This document shows, one piece after another, positions 58,065-64,000 of a stretch of DNA of 64,000 bases. The translations under genes were made by a program, and so were the position numbers. This DNA comes from Chryseobacterium gleum (lineage in GTDB: Bacteria; Bacteroidota; Bacteroidia; Flavobacteriales_D; Crocinitomicaceae): positions 5,914 to 69,913 of the forward strand of contig CAMDMY010000004.1 in NCBI GenBank assembly GCA_945902775.1, in the 5' to 3' direction. Each line of letters begins with the position of its first letter. Positions within the stretch are counted from its first letter, which is position 1. Below the pieces are notes generated by a model. The model saw nothing but the letters and a program-made list of their open reading frames with translations. It was not told where the DNA came from and made no database searches.

Positions 58065-59846
58065 ATGAGTAGGTTTCTATCAGTTATAAAAATATTTTTA
58101 AATCATACGTATTTTCTTGCTGTAATAGTTTTAGCTTGTTTTTATACTCAAATAACTGAAAGTGACCGGTATTATGGATGGACAAATTCGGAAAATACAT
58201 TACCTGAACATACTTTAACAATTGATTCTGATGGTTCAGGATATTATGCTTACTTGCCTCAATGGTTTATTTATTCTGATTCACCTCATTTTTCATTTTT
58301 AACTAAAATTTGTAAAAAGTATAAAACGGATAAATTTACTTCAGGATTACATATTTCTGGAGATCAAGGGACAAGTAAATATTTCACAGGGACTCCTATT
58401 TGTATTTCTCCTTTTTTCTTGATGAATCATTTTCTGAATAAATTAAAAGGGGTTAATTCAGATGGTTATTCGAAAGATTTTCAGCTCTCAGTTTCTATTG
58501 CTGCGTTGTTTTATTCTTTATTAGGAATTATTGGTTTAATTAAGCTTTTAAAACTGTTCAATCTTTCAAATTCAATAATCGCTTTAATGGTGGTTTTTAC
58601 ATCTGTTGGTACAAGTGTTAATTTTTATGCTTCTTTTAATCCGGCTTTTTCACATATTTATTCATTTTGTGCGATTACCTGGTTTTTATATTATAGCAAA
58701 AAATGGGGAAGTACAAGTAAATCAAAATATGTCATTTATCTTGGCTTTTTATTAGGATTGATTTTTTTAATTCGTCCGACAAATATTTTCATTGTTTTAA
58801 TTATTCCTTTTTTATTTAATAATTATTTAGGTTTTAAAATAGCTTTAATTGAGTTAGTTAAGAATAATAAATCGAAAATATTAACTGCAATTTTTCTATT
58901 TTTAGGCTTAGTGTTTTTACAAGTTTATAATGTGTATTCACAAATTGGCCAATGGACTTTAAATACCTATTCTAATGAACATTTTGATTATTTATTGAGT
59001 CCTAAATGGTTCGAGGTGCTTTTCGGTTATGGAAAAGGATTCTTTGTTTACAATCCAATTCTAATTTTATTATTACCATCGATTGTATGGGGTCTTATTA
59101 AGCGAACTTATTTGACGATTGGATTTTTATTGTTTTTTCTAGTTATTATTTATCTTACTTCTTCTTGGTGGTGTTGGTGGTATGGTGGAGGTTTAGGTAT
59201 GCGACCTTTTGTAGATTTTACCAGTTTATTTATTTTGATGATTGCATTATTCTATAATTCAACTCATTCTGTGGTAAAATCGTTCGTTCTTTTATATGCT
59301 ATTTGTATGATTTATTTCTATCAAATCCTTCAAATTCAATTTAATAAGAATATATTGCATTATGATTTAATGACGAAGGATAAATTTTGGAGTATTTTCT
59401 TAAAAACAGATAATCGTTTTTGTTGGTTGACTCATTTTGAAGAGTTTGAAATAAAGGGAAAACATAAAAGTCAAGTTGTAAAGTTTCAACCTAATGAATT
59501 TACGATGTCTTTTGAGTCTAAAGTAAATAACCTAATTTTTAAACCTCAAAAAGATTGGTCAAATAGTCATTTTGGTTTACGATTTAAAGGCGAATTATTT
59601 TTAACGAATCCCGAAAGTAATACTTGTTTAAAATTATCTTTTTTTAAGAATGGATTAGTTATAAAACAAGTAGATCAATTTGTCGGAAATAGAATTAATG
59701 AGTTAAATGAGTATTATGCTTTTTCAAAAGATTACATTGATACAATAAGATATAAATACATTGATTCTATTAAATTAACAATTCCGAACGGCTATCCAAT
59801 AGTTAAGGCTAAAAATTTAAAATGTATCTTTTATTCCCTAGATTAA
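58065..59846 (+). CDS. Polytopic membrane protein, possibly a GT-C-type glycosyltransferase (function uncertain)
   Basis: 593 aa with about 10 or more hydrophobic helices in the first 400 aa and a soluble C-terminal part. Confidence 0.6.
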   Translation: MSRFLSVIKIFLNHTYFLAVIVLACFYTQITESDRYYGWTNSENTLPEHTLTIDSDGSGYYAYLPQWFIYSDSPHFSFLTKICKKYKTDKFTSGLHISGDQGTSKYFTGTPICISPFFLMNHFLNKLKGVNSDGYSKDFQLSVSIAALFYSLLGIIGLIKLLKLFNLSNSIIALMVVFTSVGTSVNFYASFNPAFSHIYSFCAITWFLYYSKKWGSTSKSKYVIYLGFLLGLIFLIRPTNIFIVLIIPFLFNNYLGFKIALIELVKNNKSKILTAIFLFLGLVFLQVYNVYSQIGQWTLNTYSNEHFDYLLSPKWFEVLFGYGKGFFVYNPILILLLPSIVWGLIKRTYLTIGFLLFFLVIIYLTSSWWCWWYGGGLGMRPFVDFTSLFILMIALFYNSTHSVVKSFVLLYAICMIYFYQILQIQFNKNILHYDLMTKDKFWSIFLKTDNRFCWLTHFEEFEIKGKHKSQVVKFQPNEFTMSFESKVNNLIFKPQKDWSNSHFGLRFKGELFLTNPESNTCLKLSFFKNGLVIKQVDQFVGNRINELNEYYAFSKDYIDTIRYKYIDSIKLTIPNGYPIVKAKNLKCIFYSLD

Positions 59847-59894
59847 CAAGGTTTCTTAAATAGACTTTTTTATCTTTGCTAAAAATTAAAAATT

Positions 59895-60371
59895 ATGATA
59901 CAACGCATTCAAACAGTTTATATTTTACTTTCTTTGATTTGTCTTTCAATCGTTCTTTTTGGACATAATGTATTGATTGATTTTTTTGGTACAACCATTG
60001 AACGATATAAGTTAACTTTTTTTGGTATTTCAAATCAAGAGCAAGCACCTCTTGAAAATGGTTTTAATTTTCCATTGTATATTTTTCCAATTATTTTGAT
60101 TCCACTTTTAGTATTTGCTATTCTTTCATTTAAGAACTTAAAAAGACAAGGTTTACTAATTCAAATTGCATTGATAATTTATTCCTTGCTTATATTGTCG
60201 ATAGTATTAATTTATTTTTTTAATGATATTAAAATTGATAATGTAAAATCTAATGGTATAATACGTGTTGGATTCTATATTTTAGCAATTGGTTTACCTT
60301 CTCTTCACCTTGCCAATAATGGTATAAAACGCGATAAAAAATTGATCGATTCTTTGAATCGTCTTCGTTAA
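59895..60371 (+). CDS. DUF4293 family membrane protein
   Basis: MIQRIQTVYILLSLI N-terminus, four hydrophobic segments. A TATCTTTG box lies at 59871-59878. Confidence 0.7.
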   Translation: MIQRIQTVYILLSLICLSIVLFGHNVLIDFFGTTIERYKLTFFGISNQEQAPLENGFNFPLYIFPIILIPLLVFAILSFKNLKRQGLLIQIALIIYSLLILSIVLIYFFNDIKIDNVKSNGIIRVGFYILAIGLPSLHLANNGIKRDKKLIDSLNRLR

Positions 60372-60374
60372 TAG

Positions 60375-62252
60375 ATGAATCTTCTTTCTGTAGAAAATAT
60401 TACCAAAACGTTTGGTGCAAGAGTTATATTCAAAGATTTGACTTTTGGTGTAGATCAAGGTCAAAAAGTAGCAATCGTAGCGAAAAATGGAAGCGGTAAA
60501 ACGACTCTTTTACGTTGTTTGATTGGTGCAGATCAAGTAGATGATGGTCGAATAGTTTTTAGAAATGGCTATCGCGTTGCTTTTATGGAGCAATCTGAAA
60601 ATTTAGATGAAACACATTCTATAATGGAAGAAGTGTTTTCTCATGATTTACCTGAATTACAAGCTGTTAAAGCATATAATGTAGCGATGCTTTCTGGAGA
60701 TGAGAAATTGATTGAAAATTCTTTTGAAGCGATTACTGAGTTAAATGCTTGGGATACAGAAAATAAAGTACATCAAATTTTAGCAAGTTTAAAATTAGAA
60801 GATACAACTCAATTAATTTCAAATCTTTCAGGTGGACAAAAAAAGCGTGTTGCTTTAGCGAAAGTTTTAATTGGAGAACCTGATTTCTTAATTTTAGATG
60901 AGCCAACGAATCATTTGGATTTAGATATGATTGAATGGTTAGAAGAATACCTTTCAAAATCAAAATCAACTATTTTAATGGTGACGCACGATCGCTATTT
61001 CTTAGAAGTTGTATGTGATACAATTTTAGAAATGGAAGATCAAACCATTTATAAATACAAAGGAAATTTCTCGTATTATCTTGAGAAAAAGGCTGAACGT
61101 CAAGAACAATTAGGTTCTACAATCGACAAAGCGCGTAATACAATGCGTAAAGAGTTAGATTGGATCAGACGTCAACCAAAAGCGCGTGGTACGAAGCAAA
61201 AAGCTCGTGTTGATTCATTTCAAGATTTAAAAGCAGTTGCTTCTCAGAATATTAATGAGGATGAATTAGAGATTCCAATTAAAATGGAACGTCTTGGTTC
61301 TAAGATAGTTGAGATTCATAAAATGAACAAAGCTTTTGGCGATAAAAAAATCATAAACGATTTATCGTATGTCTTCAAACGTCAAGAAAGAGTAGGTATT
61401 GTTGGTAACAATGGTACTGGAAAATCTACTTTCTTAAACATGATTCAAGGCTTTGAAGAATTAGATCAAGGAAAGGTTTCAGTAGGAGATACAGTTGTTT
61501 TTGGCTATTTCAATCAAGAATTAATTCAAGTTGATGAAGATAAAAAAGTAATTGATGTCATTCGTGATATTGCTGAATACATTCCTTTAGAAAAAGGGAA
61601 AACAATGACAGCTGCTACCTTCTTGGAGAAATTTTTATTTCCAAGAGACATGCAGTACAATTACGTTTATAAATTAAGTGGGGGAGAAAAACGTCGTTTA
61701 AAATTGATGACTGTTTTGATGAAGAACCCTAACTTCTTAATTTTAGATGAGCCGACCAACGATTTAGATATTTTCGTAATGAGTGTTTTGGAAGATTACC
61801 TTCGAAACTTTCAAGGATGTTTGATTGTAGTTTCTCACGACCGTTATTTTATGGATAAAATGGTTGATCATTTATTCGTTTTTGATGGTTCAGGAGAGAT
61901 TAAAGATACGTTCGGTAATTATACTGTATATCGTCAGAAAATGGCGCAACAGTTAAAAGACGATCGAAAAGCGACAACTGTTTCAGCACCAGTAGAAGAA
62001 ATTAAAGTGGTGAAAAACGACAAGCCCATAGAAAAACGAAAAATGAATTTCAAAGAGAAAGTGGAATTCAAAAATATGGAAGGGGATATAGAAAAATTAG
62101 AAGCTGAAAAAGCATTATTAACAGACAAACTTTCAGATGCTTCGCTTTCTAACGTTGAATTAATGAATGCAGGTAATCGTTTAGGTGAAGTGATAAAAGA
62201 ATTAGAAGCAAAGTCTGATCGCTGGTTAGAATTAGCGGATATGGATGTTTGA
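60375..62252 (+). CDS. ABC-F family ATPase (Uup-like)
   Basis: Two ABC cassettes (GSGKTTLL / LSGGQKKRVALA / ILDEPTNHLD and GTGKSTFL / LSGGEKRRLKL / ILDEPTNDLD). No TM domain. C-terminal coiled coil. Confidence 0.92.
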   Translation: MNLLSVENITKTFGARVIFKDLTFGVDQGQKVAIVAKNGSGKTTLLRCLIGADQVDDGRIVFRNGYRVAFMEQSENLDETHSIMEEVFSHDLPELQAVKAYNVAMLSGDEKLIENSFEAITELNAWDTENKVHQILASLKLEDTTQLISNLSGGQKKRVALAKVLIGEPDFLILDEPTNHLDLDMIEWLEEYLSKSKSTILMVTHDRYFLEVVCDTILEMEDQTIYKYKGNFSYYLEKKAERQEQLGSTIDKARNTMRKELDWIRRQPKARGTKQKARVDSFQDLKAVASQNINEDELEIPIKMERLGSKIVEIHKMNKAFGDKKIINDLSYVFKRQERVGIVGNNGTGKSTFLNMIQGFEELDQGKVSVGDTVVFGYFNQELIQVDEDKKVIDVIRDIAEYIPLEKGKTMTAATFLEKFLFPRDMQYNYVYKLSGGEKRRLKLMTVLMKNPNFLILDEPTNDLDIFVMSVLEDYLRNFQGCLIVVSHDRYFMDKMVDHLFVFDGSGEIKDTFGNYTVYRQKMAQQLKDDRKATTVSAPVEEIKVVKNDKPIEKRKMNFKEKVEFKNMEGDIEKLEAEKALLTDKLSDASLSNVELMNAGNRLGEVIKELEAKSDRWLELADMDV

Positions 62253-62306
62253 TATTATATCCTCGTAGGGACAGGGCATGCCCTGTCACTACGAGGATAT
62301 AATATC
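62251..62306. repeat. 56-bp near-perfect palindrome starting inside the ABC-F stop codon
   Basis: gatattatatcctcgtagGgacagggcat|atgccctgtcActacgaggatataatatc: 28-bp arms with one mismatch and no loop. Confidence 0.9.
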
Positions 62307-62317
62307 ATTTTAATTCA

Positions 62318-62405
62318 TTGGTTTGGATTTTTATCATTTGTATGCGATTATTGGTTTGGATTTTTATCATTTAATGCGTATTTTTGATCTGTATTTTTAT
62401 CATTT
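62318..62405 (+). repeat. Three tandem 33-bp units ending at the ATPase start codon
   Basis: ttggtttggatttttatcattt at 62318 and 62351 (identical) and ttgatctgtatttttatcattt at 62384. Each unit is followed by (g)tATGcg, aATGcg or actATGta. Confidence 0.85.
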
Positions 62406-62408
62406 ACT

Positions 62409-63719
62409 ATGTATTTAGAACGAAAAATAGATTTTGAACTTGTTTCTTGGAGAAATTCAAATAGTCGAAAACCCTTGATTTTAAGAGGTGCGAGACAGAT
62501 AGGGAAGTCTTCGGCAGTTAGAAATCTAGGTAAGAAATTTAAATACTTTATAGAAATCAATTTAGATGAAAATAGTCAGTTACGATCTTTATTCGAAAAA
62601 GAACTGACTGTTTCGGAAATTATAGAACAATTAGCTGTTCTTACCAATACCCCAATCATTTCCGGAGAAACACTTTTGTTTATTGATGAAATTCAAGCTT
62701 GCATACCTGCGATTTCGACTTTGCGATATTTTTACGAGAAAGTCCCTGATATTCATGTTATTGCTGCGGGTTCATTATTAGAATTTGCATTATCAGAAAT
62801 ACCATCATTTGGGGTAGGAAGAGTTCGATATATGTTTATGTATCCATTTTCGTTTGAAGAATTTTTAGTAGCGAATAAAGAACAAGCATTATTAAATGTA
62901 TTAACTAAAGCTACACCAACATCACCTTTAGCTGATATTTTTCATGAAAAATTGAAAAAATATTTAAAAAAATTTCTGATAATTGGAGGAATGCCAGAAG
63001 CAGTTAGAACATATGTTTCTAGTGGAGACATATTAGAAGTTCAGCGAGTTTTGGATGATTTAGTTTTATCGATTCAAACTGATTTTTCAAAATATAAAAA
63101 CAGAGTTCCTGCGTTAAGAATAAAAGAAGTTTTTAACACAGTTGTACAACAGATAGGGGGTAAATTTAGTTATTCATATCCGAATGCTACTTTAACAAAT
63201 ATTCAAATTAAAGAGGCTTTGTTATTGTTGGAAATGGCAGGATTACTTTATAGTGTAACCCATTCTGCTAGTAATGGTATTCCTTTGGGCGCAGAAATCA
63301 ATACTAAAAAAAGAAAAATGCTCTTGTTTGATACAGGTATTTATCAACGGATATTAGGATTAGATATTGGTACATTACTATTAGAAAATGATGTAAATAT
63401 TATTAATAAAGGAAGTATTTCAGAATTATTTGTAGGTTTAGAACTCCTCAAAAACACTTCATGCTATGAAAAAAATGAGTTATATTATTGGCAAAGAGAA
63501 GTGAGAAATAGTCAAGCTGAGGTTGATTATGTTATTCAGAGGCAAGAAAAAATTATCCCAGTAGAAGTAAAAGCAGGAACAAAAGGTTCGATGCAGAGTA
63601 TGTATTTATTTTTAGAAGAAAAGAAAGGAGAATACGGTATTCGTTTATCGATGGAAAATTTTTCAGAAATAGATAAAGTGAAAATTTATCCGTTATTTGC
63701 CGTTAGGAATTTGTTTTGA
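62409..63719 (+). CDS. AAA-family ATPase with a DUF4143-type C-terminal region (second paralogue)
   Basis: Walker A GARQIGKSSAV, Walker B LFIDEIQ. 436 aa. Confidence 0.8.
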   Translation: MYLERKIDFELVSWRNSNSRKPLILRGARQIGKSSAVRNLGKKFKYFIEINLDENSQLRSLFEKELTVSEIIEQLAVLTNTPIISGETLLFIDEIQACIPAISTLRYFYEKVPDIHVIAAGSLLEFALSEIPSFGVGRVRYMFMYPFSFEEFLVANKEQALLNVLTKATPTSPLADIFHEKLKKYLKKFLIIGGMPEAVRTYVSSGDILEVQRVLDDLVLSIQTDFSKYKNRVPALRIKEVFNTVVQQIGGKFSYSYPNATLTNIQIKEALLLLEMAGLLYSVTHSASNGIPLGAEINTKKRKMLLFDTGIYQRILGLDIGTLLLENDVNIINKGSISELFVGLELLKNTSCYEKNELYYWQREVRNSQAEVDYVIQRQEKIIPVEVKAGTKGSMQSMYLFLEEKKGEYGIRLSMENFSEIDKVKIYPLFAVRNLF

Positions 63720-63765
63720 TATATTTTGTAGGTAAAAAGTATGCCCTGTACCTACAAAATATATC
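63718..63765. repeat. Palindromic hairpin related to 62251-62306, spanning both convergent stop codons
   Basis: gatatattttgtaggta, 14-nt loop (aaaagtatgccctg), tacctacaaaatatatc. Shares GATAT..GTAGG and ATGCCCTGT with the first palindrome. Confidence 0.85.
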
Positions 63766-64000
63766 ATTTCTTTAACTTATTCAATTCAGAAGTCAATTTT
63801 TCAATCTCTCTTTGTTGTTGATTTAGTTTATTGATGATTTCATTAAGTTGAAAGTTAGTAACATTTTCAGGATATGCATTTTTGGGATCTTGAATCAATT
63901 GATTTTGAGAATCTTCAAGTGGTAAAAGTGATTGTAAAGTAACACCTAAAATTTTAGCAATAGCATCTAATCGAACAACAGTTAATTCTGTAACACCTCT
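63764..64000 (-). CDS. C-terminal part of an XRE-type helix-turn-helix protein (5' end outside the window)
   Basis: Reverse translation from the window edge: RGVTELTVVRLDAIAKILGVTLQSLLPLEDSQNQ...EIEKLTSELNKLKK, with the stop codon at 63764-63766. Confidence 0.5.
   Translation of the reverse strand, partial: RGVTELTVVRLDAIAKILGVTLQSLLPLEDSQNQLIQDPKNAYPENVTNFQLNEIINKLNQQQREIEKLTSELNKLKK

Noticed and set aside
59871-59878. TATCTTTG -7 box upstream of the DUF4293 gene as a full promoter call
   Set aside because: The -7 match is exact, but there is no TTG at the expected -33 spacing. It is noted in the gene's evidence only.
62318-62405. Possible CRISPR array (regularly spaced direct repeats)
   Set aside because: There are only three units. 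The 'spacers' are 11 nt and are themselves similar to each other. No cas genes are present in the window. This is a tandem duplication, not a CRISPR array.

Overview
AT-rich chromosomal window with Bacteroidota (Flavobacteriia/Cytophagia-like) hallmarks: fused ccoNO, a GxxExxY gene, DUF4293, DUF1599 and BT_3928/MauE-DoxX genes, and TAnnTTTG -7 promoter boxes. No rRNA, CRISPR array, transposase or integrase was seen. Layout by region: (1) 1-5400, minus strand: cbb3 cytochrome oxidase operon ccoS-ccoNO-ccoQ-ccoP-ccoG. (2) 5750-9400, minus strand: a GAF/PAS hybrid histidine kinase and a stand-alone response regulator. (3) 9800-27700, plus strand: a putative porin followed by a complete chemosensory locus. 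Its genes are parA-like, STAS-like, cheY, cheA, cheW, an Aer-type PAS/HAMP receptor, an OM barrel, cheR, a His-less HK-like gene, cheD, cheB, an inserted GxxExxY cassette, cheY2 and a CheC/X-like gene. The locus runs straight into a receiver-PP2C phosphatase, two SiaB-like small kinases and a DUF1987/SiaC-like phosphoprotein. (4) 27800-32250: an ABCG-type transporter with a large N-terminal cytosolic module, plus two small exported proteins. (5) 32300-42400: housekeeping genes folP, DUF1599, MauE/DoxX, tpiA, prmA and plsY, interrupted by a 1538-aa secreted protein of unknown function. (6) 42404-51997: a 3197-aa secreted protein with a PorE-like N-terminal module, about 14 repeats of roughly 100 aa, and three C-terminal SPOR domains. 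(7) 52000-64000: clpS, tRNA-Arg(ACG), small exported proteins, a PGM/PMM-family mutase, aroC, a polytopic membrane protein, DUF4293, an ABC-F ATPase, two AAA/DUF4143 ATPase genes bracketed by palindromic elements, and a partial XRE-type HTH gene. The best candidate for an undescribed system is the Che2/F7-style chemosensory pathway whose apparent output is a SiaA/B/C-type Ser/Thr partner switch with no diguanylate cyclase. All family assignments come from motif recognition by eye. No database search or computation was run.
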